Of a DNA stretch of 64,000 bases, positions 34,733-43,951 are shown one piece after another; position 1 is the stretch's first letter, and the number at the start of each line of letters is the position of its first letter. The position numbers were made by a program, and so were the translations under genes. The notes under the pieces were generated by a model that saw nothing but the letters and a program-made list of their open reading frames with translations, searched no databases and was not told where the DNA came from. This DNA is from a virus. The DNA lies in IMG/VR virus record IMGVR_UViG_3300020438_004021, positions 64,001 through 128,000 of that record. One strand, 5' to 3'.

Positions 34733-35487
34733 GTTTAGGTGCAGCAAGAGCAGCTAGTACGAGACAGTACCAGGTATTGTCTACCACCAACATCACCTCC
34801 ACTGGATCACAGAGTTATACTGTCCCAGAAGGAACAGTTTTCATTGAAATAGAGATGTATGGTGGAGGCGGTGGAGGTGGTGCAGGTCACGTAGCGGGTG
34901 GTAGAGGTGGGTCAACTCATAAAAGAGGAGGAGGTGGTGGTGGTGGTGCTTATGTAAGACATAAACTATTCATCGCCCAGTTAGTTGAGGATGCAGTCAT
35001 CAACTTCACCGTTGGAGCAGGAGGAGCGGGTGGTGGTAATGGTGGTGGACTCTTCCCCAATGATGGTGTTGACGGTGGGGACACCACATTAGTCAATATC
35101 GTCGCGCCTGGAGGTGGTAGTACCACAAGTTTGTCTGGACCTTCTGCCGGTGGTGGGGCTAAAGGACTCAAAGGGAATAACAATGCTGCCGGAGGTCAGG
35201 TAGGAGTGGCAGCGGATGGAAACATAACCAACACGAACGGCAGTGCAGGGGAAGCACAGTCTGGTATTGGGTCTAGTGGTACTACTATTGCAGGTGGTGA
35301 CGGTGGTGATGCTGGAGGTCCAGATGGTGGTGCAGGTGGTGACGGAGGTATCACAGGCTTTTCTGCTAAGGGCTTCGCAGATAACGGTGCTGCTCCAGGC
35401 GGTGGTGGTGGTGGAGGTGCGACTACTGTTGAAGACGATGGTGGTTCAGGTGCTGATGGAAAAGTTATTGTAAAGGCATTTGGATGA
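34729..35487 (+). CDS. Glycine-rich domain virion protein
   Basis: YTVP...EMYGGGGGGG...GGGGGG...TVGAGG.GG...G.DG.V.V pattern. Confidence 0.75.
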   Translation: MSLGAARAASTRQYQVLSTTNITSTGSQSYTVPEGTVFIEIEMYGGGGGGGAGHVAGGRGGSTHKRGGGGGGGAYVRHKLFIAQLVEDAVINFTVGAGGAGGGNGGGLFPNDGVDGGDTTLVNIVAPGGGSTTSLSGPSAGGGAKGLKGNNNAAGGQVGVAADGNITNTNGSAGEAQSGIGSSGTTIAGGDGGDAGGPDGGAGGDGGITGFSAKGFADNGAAPGGGGGGGATTVEDDGGSGADGKVIVKAFG

Positions 35488-35491
35488 AGAA

Positions 35492-35499
35492 TATAAATA
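35492..35499 (+). promoter_or_regulatory. Late promoter TATAAATA
   Basis: Exact motif, intergenic. Confidence 0.7.
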
Positions 35500-35519
35500 C
35501 CGATAAGAGGATTATTTGA

Positions 35520-35786
35520 ATGGCAGGAGCATCCAGAATAGTAATAGATTCTGCTGGTGGTATAATACTGGGACCTGGTTCTCAGTCGGTATTCATCAAT
35601 GGTCTTAGTGCCAGTGTATTAGGAGACGCTGTTGAAGGACATGGGAATGGTAGTCACTCTTCTCCGAACGTGGTGACAGCATCCTCTAGTGTTTTTGCGG
35701 ATGGTCAAGGAATGGTAGGCGAGACAAGTGTCACTAGTTGTGGCAAGAGTCCTACTGGTTCTGGTGACGTTTTTATAGGAGATTGA
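35520..35786 (+). CDS. PAAR-repeat spike tip protein (gp5.4-like)
   Basis: GS.SVFING...LGD...H...H....SSSVF.DG......SCG.....GS.DVFIGD. Confidence 0.85.
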   Translation: MAGASRIVIDSAGGIILGPGSQSVFINGLSASVLGDAVEGHGNGSHSSPNVVTASSSVFADGQGMVGETSVTSCGKSPTGSGDVFIGD

Positions 35787-35787
35787 T

Positions 35788-36633
35788 ATGACATACTTTC
35801 ACGAGACATTTCCGACCCAAGACATCAAAGACGGAATCACTTTCGCAGTTAACATCCCTTCTGCAGAATTAACAGAAGAAGAAAAAGATGTAATTAATTT
35901 AGCATTGAGTGGTAACCACCCACTGGCAAATCCATATGGTTCAAGGATTGAGGATAGGGCATCTTCTGCCGATTCAATAGCAGATATTTTGTATGGTTTG
36001 GTGAATAGCATACCTCCCCCACCAGGTCAGGCTAGCGAACTACAACTGGCACTCCTCAGGTCAGACACTGCTGATAACTTCGCAAGAATAGCCGACCACC
36101 TGAACAACGAATTTAGCGAGACCGGAACCGGTCCAAGTTTCAAAGAGCACACGGATAGGATAAGTGGGGAGACTCTACAGTCTGACGGTGAGAGATACCC
36201 TTTCACTGGTGTCCAAGGGATTGCTAGGGCATATAACGGAATGAGAGAATCCATGAGGAACGAAGGTGAACCTGTTGAGGATAACTACTCAATTCTATTC
36301 ACAAGCATACTGAGAGCAGGTAAAGACGTGATGAGAGACGTCGAAAGTCTAGTCACGTCCGATACCTCTATCTCAGGGATAACGATATCAGAAATTACAC
36401 CGGCGGACATCGAAGGGATATCAGCAGACTCATTCAGGGTCGCCAATGGTATCATAGGGTTAATAGAAGAAGATAATGGTAATTTTGATGAAGCATTGAA
36501 CTATGTGAAGGCTTATGGTCTGGGTAGCATGATACTTGGTATGAATAGAGATACCTATTTTGGCAAGAGACTACTAGACGAGTCAGGAATAGCTACTGAG
36601 GAACTTCGTCAAGAACTAGATGATATTGTTTGA
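35788..36633 (+). CDS. Hypothetical acidic protein in the baseplate cluster
   Basis: 281-aa ORF immediately after the PAAR gene. Confidence 0.6.
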   Translation: MTYFHETFPTQDIKDGITFAVNIPSAELTEEEKDVINLALSGNHPLANPYGSRIEDRASSADSIADILYGLVNSIPPPPGQASELQLALLRSDTADNFARIADHLNNEFSETGTGPSFKEHTDRISGETLQSDGERYPFTGVQGIARAYNGMRESMRNEGEPVEDNYSILFTSILRAGKDVMRDVESLVTSDTSISGITISEITPADIEGISADSFRVANGIIGLIEEDNGNFDEALNYVKAYGLGSMILGMNRDTYFGKRLLDESGIATEELRQELDDIV

Positions 36634-36636
36634 TTG

Positions 36637-36644
36637 TATAAATA
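36637..36644 (+). promoter_or_regulatory. Late promoter TATAAATA
   Basis: Exact motif, intergenic. Confidence 0.7.
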
Positions 36645-36677
36645 ATAGTAGTTTACTATAGATTTAGAGGAACCCCC

Positions 36678-37343
36678 ATGACCACAGAGACCATAGAAAT
36701 AGTTGACAACTCGTTCAACAATATTGATATATTGGGGTCTTGGGTCGAGGTGGGTATGGTGATAGGTGCAACAATAGTTGGTTTCATCATACTGCTACCA
36801 ACTGTCAGACATTTTCTCAAATTAAACAAAACCATTCACCCGTGTTCTACCAAGTTCAGGGGTGTACACTCTAGAGTTCATGAGTTTCTGACTGAGTTGA
36901 GAGTTAAACTGCATGCCGATAGAGCAGTAATATTACAATTCCATAATGGTGGTTCTTTCCTAGATGGGTCTTCTATGAAGAAATTCTCGTCTACTCATGA
37001 ATCTTGCTCGGTAGGTGTATCTGAGACCGCCAGTGTTAGGGCTGGTCTTCTTGCATCTAACTACATAGACATGCTGGAACATTTATCTTTGAACACACCT
37101 GACATCCATGCTACCTCCAGCATATCTGACTGCCAGTTTAGAAGGCATCTAGAATCCAACCATACCTTGGTATATAGTATGATGCCCATAAAAGACGTTA
37201 GAGGTGTTTCAGTTATGGGTTGTCTGTTGATAGAATGGTGTAATTGGGACAGGGCAGACCTAATAGACGAAGATAAAGTATCCGTAATCATCCCTGAGTA
37301 TACTAGACATATCTCAGGTCAACTACATACTGGGGGGACATGA
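36678..37343 (+). CDS. Single-TM protein with GAF-like domain (holin T-like architecture)
   Basis: N-terminal hydrophobic helix, then LTELR..LHADRA.ILQFHNG....G.SM.KFS.THE. Confidence 0.6.
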   Translation: MTTETIEIVDNSFNNIDILGSWVEVGMVIGATIVGFIILLPTVRHFLKLNKTIHPCSTKFRGVHSRVHEFLTELRVKLHADRAVILQFHNGGSFLDGSSMKKFSSTHESCSVGVSETASVRAGLLASNYIDMLEHLSLNTPDIHATSSISDCQFRRHLESNHTLVYSMMPIKDVRGVSVMGCLLIEWCNWDRADLIDEDKVSVIIPEYTRHISGQLHTGGT

Positions 37344-37726
37344 TAATGGTTAGATGGAAAGACTTAGATTTAGACTTCGATGCTCACCCGGTCACGGGTG
37401 AATTGAGCATACTAGAAGATGAAGAATCAGTGAAGAGGTCTGTAAGGAACCTGGTGTTGATGGCAAGATATGAGAAGCCCTTCAACCCAGCGATACAGTG
37501 CGGCATTAGACAAATGCTATTCGAACCTCTATCACCCATCACTGCCCTGCATATGAGGCAGAACATTATAAGTGCCATCAAACAGTTCGAACCAAGAGCA
37601 CATTTGATGGAGGTTCAGGTATTGGCAAAGACAGACCAGAATGCTTTCAGCATAGAAATATATTTCAGAGTTAAGAATGCACAAAACGTGGTCAGTCTGG
37701 ATTTAACCTTGGAGAGGCTAAGATAA
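37340..37726 (+). CDS. 25: Baseplate wedge subunit gp25
   Basis: DLDL.F..HPVTG.L......SVKRSVRNLVL....EKPF.P..G...LFE...FEPR. Confidence 0.93.
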   Translation: MIMVRWKDLDLDFDAHPVTGELSILEDEESVKRSVRNLVLMARYEKPFNPAIQCGIRQMLFEPLSPITALHMRQNIISAIKQFEPRAHLMEVQVLAKTDQNAFSIEIYFRVKNAQNVVSLDLTLERLR

Positions 37727-39550
37727 ATGGCAACTAATAATTCTAACTTAACAATCAGCAATCTGGATTTTGATGCAATAAAATCTAACTTGAAGAGTTA
37801 TCTATCCGGTCAGACCGCATTCGCAGATTATAACTTCGAGGGTTCTGGTATGAACATCCTTCTGGATGTTCTAGCATATAATACCCACTACGAGGCATTC
37901 TATAATAATATGATTGCCAACGAGATGTTCCTAGATAGTGCAGTAGATAGAGATAATGTGGTTTCGATAGCTAAGCACCTTGGTTATACACCAACTTCCA
38001 AGAAGGCAGCAACCGCTACAGTAGACATAACACTAGGTGCTGGTCAAACAGCCGCCAATGAAACCACTTTTCCGGTAGGTTCGGTGTTTGGTGCTAATAT
38101 GGATGGGAAAAGTTTCCAATTCGTAAACACGAGTGTGGGGACTATTGACCCGTTTTCTTCAGGTGCACACATAAAAGGTTTGGAAATCAAGCAAGGGAAG
38201 TTGGAATCATTCACCTATGTCAAAGATGACAGCAAAGAGCAGAAATTCATCGTCCCTTCTTCTGATGTGGACATTAGCACCTTGTCTATTAGAGTTCAAG
38301 AATCAACTACCGATGACACCGGATATGGTGACAGTTGGAAATTGTCTTCTGATTACAACGATATAACTTCAACCACCAAGGCATATTTCATTCAAGAGAA
38401 TAGAGATGGCAGATTTGAGATTTACTTTGGAGACGGGTCCGTAGGGAAGACCCTTGGTGACGGAAATTTGATAGTATTTAACTACTTGAAAACCAATGGT
38501 TCTGAGGCTAATGGTTTGGGTCTGAGAGATACTTCATCATCTAGAACCTTCACCTATGGAAGTTCCAGTGTAGTGTCAGTGGTCGGTGCAGCCGAGGGGG
38601 GTGCTGATAAGGAGTCTATTAACTCTATCAAAAGATTAGCACCTCTAGCATACCAAGCACAGAACAGAGCGGTGACTACCGAAGATTATAAAACTCTACT
38701 CGTCAAAGATTACCCAGATGTAGAGTCTATCACCGTTTGGGGTGGAGAAGAAAACGACCCACCAAACTATGGCACTGTCTATGTATCTTTCAAACCTACT
38801 GTGGGGACCACAATTTCCGAAGTGACCAAAAGGTCCATCAAAAACTCATTGGCGAACGACAATTCTATAGTGGGCATTAATACCGAGATATTGGACCCAG
38901 AGTACATTTACGTTAGAGTGGACAGCGAGATTAACTATAATAGTGCAAATTCGTCAGTGGATGAGAATGCTCTGAAGCAATTGGTATCTAATAAGATATA
39001 TGAATTTGGAGATGAACAACTTGAGAAGTTCGACAAAGGTCTTAGATACTCAAAATTAATTAAAGAAATAGACAGTGTAGAAGATTCTATACTCAGTAAT
39101 GAGACCAATCTAACTATGGAAATCAGGATGTTCCCGTTCATTAACGAGAGTTATTCCTACAATGTGGAATTCGAGAACGAAATATTCCACCCACATTCAG
39201 GTCATAGTCCAGTCATCTCTAGTTCTGAATTCATTTACATGGACTCTTCTGGTGTATCCAGACAAGTATTCTATGAAGACAACGGTGAAGGGACTATCAG
39301 GTTGATGTACTTCTTGGGTGGTGTTAAGACAGTTCTGGATGGCAATGTTGGTTCAGTTGATTATGGAACTGGAAAAGTCGACCTAGACAGAATCAATGTC
39401 AAATCCGTGGTGGATGATGCCTTCATAAGAGTTAAGGCTCAACCTAAGGGGAAAGATATAGATAGTAAAAGAAGGACTATTCTTATCATTGATAGAGATG
39501 ATCAAGAGTCGGTAACCGTTAGATGCAGCAGAGAGACATACCTTAGTTGA
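37727..39550 (+). CDS. 6: Baseplate wedge subunit gp6
   Basis: LDFD.IK.NLK.YL..Q..F.DYNFEGSG..ILLD.LAYNTHY; QNRAVT.EDY; VWGGE.N.PP.YG.V. Confidence 0.95.
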   Translation: MATNNSNLTISNLDFDAIKSNLKSYLSGQTAFADYNFEGSGMNILLDVLAYNTHYEAFYNNMIANEMFLDSAVDRDNVVSIAKHLGYTPTSKKAATATVDITLGAGQTAANETTFPVGSVFGANMDGKSFQFVNTSVGTIDPFSSGAHIKGLEIKQGKLESFTYVKDDSKEQKFIVPSSDVDISTLSIRVQESTTDDTGYGDSWKLSSDYNDITSTTKAYFIQENRDGRFEIYFGDGSVGKTLGDGNLIVFNYLKTNGSEANGLGLRDTSSSRTFTYGSSSVVSVVGAAEGGADKESINSIKRLAPLAYQAQNRAVTTEDYKTLLVKDYPDVESITVWGGEENDPPNYGTVYVSFKPTVGTTISEVTKRSIKNSLANDNSIVGINTEILDPEYIYVRVDSEINYNSANSSVDENALKQLVSNKIYEFGDEQLEKFDKGLRYSKLIKEIDSVEDSILSNETNLTMEIRMFPFINESYSYNVEFENEIFHPHSGHSPVISSSEFIYMDSSGVSRQVFYEDNGEGTIRLMYFLGGVKTVLDGNVGSVDYGTGKVDLDRINVKSVVDDAFIRVKAQPKGKDIDSKRRTILIIDRDDQESVTVRCSRETYLS

Positions 39551-39561
39551 GGAATAATTAA

Positions 39562-41940
39562 TTGGCACTCATACCTTTACATCTTGGAGTCGACGGAATA
39601 ACAATCAATGTTTTAGAGGGGGTATCTCTAGACATAGACAACGGCGTCTCTTACCTGTTAAAGGACCAGATTCCCGATTTTGTTGTGTCGGACCATACTA
39701 AATTCTTAGAATTCTTAGAAGCATATTACGAATGGATGGAGACCGAAGGGAATCCTAAGTACGAATCCAACAAGCTGCTTAGCTATAGAGATATCGATGA
39801 TACTATAGATGAGTACATAGACTTCTTCTCTAAGGAGTTCATAGTCAACTTCCCCAAAGAGTTTGCAGACAAGAATACTGATAAGACGACTCTAATCAAA
39901 AACATCAAGGATTTCTATAAGTCTAAAGGTACAGAGAAGTCATATAAGCTGCTATTTAGACTGCTTTATGGTGAAGAACCTGAGTTGAAGTACCCCAACA
40001 GAAATATCCTGAAACTTTCTAGTGCTAGATGGATTGAGCCTACAGTATTGAAAACAACGAGGACTTTCTCTCCAGAGAAGATACCCGCAATGACGGGCGT
40101 CAAGATAAACCAGATAAATCCCACCAATGGCAACTTAGAGGCCTATGGATTCGTAGACTCAGCAGTTGCATATGAAAGAGACGGGTACGAGGTACTGGAG
40201 CTGGAACTATCTGGTATATTTGGTTCTTTCTCCCCAGAGCAGTACATAACGGCGACTCTTAATGATGGCACAGTTATATTTGAATATGTCTATCCAGTCT
40301 TAGATTCTATAGGGGTGTCTTCAGGGGCTAGCGGTTCAAAATACTCTATAGGGGATACAGTCAATATATCTGGAAGTAGTTTAGGGGTAGGTGCGTTAGG
40401 GACCATTTCATCTGTAGGTATTAGTGGTGAGATAAATGCCATAGAGGTGATTGATTCAGGAATCAACTATAGGTCTGTTGAGTCACTTACTGCCACCATA
40501 TCTTCCAACGGAGGAACCGGAAGTGGTGCAACTCTAGGTGTTACTGGTGGTGGTTCCATTGTGAAAAAGAGCGGATTCTGGGAAGGAGACTCCGGTCTCC
40601 TCAGTTCCAGTATGAAGAGTCAAGACAACAGTTATTATCAATCTTTCTCCTATGTGCTAAAATCTTCTAGGGATTTGTCTGACTATGCTGATATCATAAA
40701 GAAAATTGTCCACCCAGCAGGTTTCAAGCTGTTCGGAAGTGCACTCTTGAAAGAGACTATGGCAAAGGGTGCAACACTTACTGAGACTCTGAAAAAATAT
40801 GAAGTCCCTCTCAACGGTCATTACACACCATATAGGTTCATCACCGCTAGAAACTTAAGAGCGAACGGAATTGGAGGTTCAGGTGGTACTGACCTTTATC
40901 CGGATGGTTACGGTTGGTCAGCAGGTAGCACAGGATTCATAGTGGGAGAAACTGCAGGAGTTGCCCACGCACCTAATGGGGGGTCGGGTCCACTTGGTGG
41001 AACAACCCACATAAATGAGAGTGTGGGTTCAGGAGCATCAAGCAATCAGATGACCGTAGCCGCTCATGGTACTGTAACAATATCAGATGCTTCCAAATTA
41101 GCAGTATCTCCTGCCCACTCCGTAACAATTTTGACTACAGACGGCACAGCAATCACTGCTTCAGCACATGCCAGCACCACCACCACTACTAATACAAATA
41201 CCCCAACATTCGAATTGGATACAAGCAGTGGACTATCCACAGCCGCCAATCTAGCCACGTGTCTCAATGGCAATGCTAAAGTCACTGCCAAAACGGGTGG
41301 CAATGGTACAGTTGTTGGTATTACGCAAGCAGCCGTCGGTTCAACGGGTGAGACCGGTATTACACTAACGGACCCAGGTGATGATGGAATGACTAAGGTA
41401 GATTTCTCAGTCCACTATGAGCAGTCTGCAGGTCCTGGTGGCACCTTAAATGGTCCTAGAGGCGCACAATTCAACGTTGTGGGTGGTATATGGGGTGCTT
41501 CTGCTATGTCTTCCGGAGAGACTGGTGGTGGTTACTGGGAGATTTACCCACACCCCAACTCCAGAAGTATTTCAAGTATACCGAATACTTTGGGTTACAC
41601 AGCGGACGTTATATTGATAGACCCACCACCTTCTGGTACGACCTTCTACGTCGATGAGTTCGTTGTACAGCAGAACCCGTATTCACAATTGTCGGTAGGC
41701 AAGATATTGTCTTATGTAATAGACCCATTCCAGCATAGAATCGAAGTTCAAAAGCTGGGTGGAGAATTCCTTCCCTTTGATATAAATATTATTGGAGGTT
41801 CTGCAGGAATGCTTGTGGGGCAATCTGGGGGTGCTACTGCAAATATAAATAGTGTGGATTACAGGTCCGCTACCGGTGACACGCAAAACGAGTTCACCTA
41901 CATCAGTATTAGAGATTTCTTATTTGGGATAGAGAGATAA
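39562..41940 (+). CDS. Baseplate wedge initiator (gp7-like)
   Basis: QIPDFV..DH..FLEFLEAYYEWME, FYKSKGTE.SY..LFR.LYGE, QDN.YYQ.FSY, VHPAGFKLFG. Confidence 0.8.
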   Translation: MALIPLHLGVDGITINVLEGVSLDIDNGVSYLLKDQIPDFVVSDHTKFLEFLEAYYEWMETEGNPKYESNKLLSYRDIDDTIDEYIDFFSKEFIVNFPKEFADKNTDKTTLIKNIKDFYKSKGTEKSYKLLFRLLYGEEPELKYPNRNILKLSSARWIEPTVLKTTRTFSPEKIPAMTGVKINQINPTNGNLEAYGFVDSAVAYERDGYEVLELELSGIFGSFSPEQYITATLNDGTVIFEYVYPVLDSIGVSSGASGSKYSIGDTVNISGSSLGVGALGTISSVGISGEINAIEVIDSGINYRSVESLTATISSNGGTGSGATLGVTGGGSIVKKSGFWEGDSGLLSSSMKSQDNSYYQSFSYVLKSSRDLSDYADIIKKIVHPAGFKLFGSALLKETMAKGATLTETLKKYEVPLNGHYTPYRFITARNLRANGIGGSGGTDLYPDGYGWSAGSTGFIVGETAGVAHAPNGGSGPLGGTTHINESVGSGASSNQMTVAAHGTVTISDASKLAVSPAHSVTILTTDGTAITASAHASTTTTTNTNTPTFELDTSSGLSTAANLATCLNGNAKVTAKTGGNGTVVGITQAAVGSTGETGITLTDPGDDGMTKVDFSVHYEQSAGPGGTLNGPRGAQFNVVGGIWGASAMSSGETGGGYWEIYPHPNSRSISSIPNTLGYTADVILIDPPPSGTTFYVDEFVVQQNPYSQLSVGKILSYVIDPFQHRIEVQKLGGEFLPFDINIIGGSAGMLVGQSGGATANINSVDYRSATGDTQNEFTYISIRDFLFGIER

Positions 41941-41941
41941 A

Positions 41942-43927
41942 ATGGCAATCAAAAATGCTCTAAAAACACACATGCTACAGACTTTAATTGATAGCTTCTC
42001 TATCAATTCTAAAGACTCTTCATATCTCTTCATTTCAAGACCAGAGGGATGGTCTGATGATTCATCTCCAGATAACTTTATTGACTGCACAAACGATTTT
42101 AATGATGTATGGAAGAGGATGATAGCGGCTAAGAAAATATCTTCTGTGGATGCCTACCTGATGATTCCTAGGAACTCATGGGTCTCTGGGTCTACCTACG
42201 GGATGTATACCGACAACGATGATATGTCTGGTATAACGTTTTATACTACCAATTCTGAGAACAACGTATATAAATGTATCTTCAATGGTCTCTCTGGTGG
42301 TAGCACAACCAGCACCAAGACTTCAACGGACCAACCGTTAGGTGCACAGAGCAGTACGATAACTACTGGTGACGGTTTCAAGTGGAAGTTCATGTACAAA
42401 ATCCCTGAGGCATGGACCAAATTCGCTGATAATGACTACATTCCAGTTAAAAAATTGAAGATAGAAGATAACGTACCAGAAAAATACTCTGACGATAGAT
42501 TCCTGCAATACTCAACTCAGTATAACTCCGTTAATGGAACAGTTGAATACATTGATTTGACGGCATCTGGTTCGTCTTATGGTAATAATGTGCAATCTAA
42601 GAACTTTGGATTTGATGTTAATATCAGGACCAAGGCACTAGCCGCTGCGAACGTAGGCACAGGTGGTACTATACAGTTCAATCTCGGAGAGTCTACCACA
42701 GATGACTTCTACAACACTTATTCAGTGAATATTGTAAGTGGTGTGGGTGTTGGTCAGAGTAGAAGAATCGACGACTATACGGGTTCCACCAGAACTGCTA
42801 CCCTAAGCTCTAGTTGGGATACAATTCCTGATACCACTAGTATCTATGAAGTCATGCCAGAGGTCATAATTGATGGAGATGGGGTTGGAGCAGAGGCTAC
42901 TGCGGTCATAGAGTCCGCTGGTGGAATCACGTTAGAAGGGGTTCGAGTAACCAAACCTGGCAGCGGTTACACAAGAGCTATCGCTAGCATTAAAACATCT
43001 ACCCCAATAGGTGCAGCCCTAGAACCATATCTATCTCCTTATGGGGGTCATGGTTTCGACCCAGTTTCAGAACTCAGACCATCTAGACTGATGGTTATTG
43101 TTACATTGGACAGGGAAGATTCTGCTATAACCGGTGGCAACTTAACTGGAACCTTCCCCATAGTTAATGACTTCAGGCAATATGGATTAATAAAGAATCC
43201 TGTATTAGCAACTGGTCCTAGGAAGGGTGAAGTCGCTGGTACAGAAGTACAGTCAACTTCAACATTAAATGTAAGTGCTGCTACAGGTTCTGTATTCAAT
43301 TTCGGTGACTTTACTGTCGGTGACTTGGTCATCGGAGAGAGCAGTAAGTCCTGTGGTGAGGTGGTCAACTGGTTCAGAAATACAGACACCTCTAAAGGTA
43401 CATTGAACCTCCTGGATGTCGATTCAGAATTCTTAGTCGGCGAAAGCATCAGAGGACTTGGAACTGGTGCAGAGTGGACATCTAGCAATAAGGGTCTAGG
43501 ATACGTTCAGTTCCAAGAAGACCCTGTAATCACGCAAACAAATAGCAGTTACAGATTGACCACATACTTAGAGATACAGTCAACCGCAGGTAATGCGGGG
43601 CATACCTACTTAGCCTCCAACTTCGATTTAGACCAGGTAATTGGTGGTGCTAGTGGTAGTTCTGCCACCATTGTAGAGTATATTCCTAGCGGTGGTCAGA
43701 CAGCATCATTATACCTGACTACCTTATTAGGTTCATCTGGAGCAGACTCGCACGGTTTCACGATAAACGAGAAGTTGGCAGGAGTTACTATATCATCTGC
43801 AATAAATAAGATAGAAATACCAGAATTTGTCAAGGGTGCTGGTGAAATATTATACATAAATAATAGTACACCCATTACCAGACAGAACGAGCAAGAAGAA
43901 GAAGTCAAAATCATAATAGACCTATGA
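41942..43927 (+). CDS. 8: Baseplate wedge subunit gp8
   Basis: YLFI.RP..W, PR..W..G..Y..Y, VYKC..N, TGDG.KWKFMY, NDFRQ.GLIKNP, GEILYI.N..PI.R...Q.E.VKII. Confidence 0.88.
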   Translation: MAIKNALKTHMLQTLIDSFSINSKDSSYLFISRPEGWSDDSSPDNFIDCTNDFNDVWKRMIAAKKISSVDAYLMIPRNSWVSGSTYGMYTDNDDMSGITFYTTNSENNVYKCIFNGLSGGSTTSTKTSTDQPLGAQSSTITTGDGFKWKFMYKIPEAWTKFADNDYIPVKKLKIEDNVPEKYSDDRFLQYSTQYNSVNGTVEYIDLTASGSSYGNNVQSKNFGFDVNIRTKALAAANVGTGGTIQFNLGESTTDDFYNTYSVNIVSGVGVGQSRRIDDYTGSTRTATLSSSWDTIPDTTSIYEVMPEVIIDGDGVGAEATAVIESAGGITLEGVRVTKPGSGYTRAIASIKTSTPIGAALEPYLSPYGGHGFDPVSELRPSRLMVIVTLDREDSAITGGNLTGTFPIVNDFRQYGLIKNPVLATGPRKGEVAGTEVQSTSTLNVSAATGSVFNFGDFTVGDLVIGESSKSCGEVVNWFRNTDTSKGTLNLLDVDSEFLVGESIRGLGTGAEWTSSNKGLGYVQFQEDPVITQTNSSYRLTTYLEIQSTAGNAGHTYLASNFDLDQVIGGASGSSATIVEYIPSGGQTASLYLTTLLGSSGADSHGFTINEKLAGVTISSAINKIEIPEFVKGAGEILYINNSTPITRQNEQEEEVKIIIDL

Positions 43928-43951
43928 TTTACCTAGGAGCGATTTCCAAAG

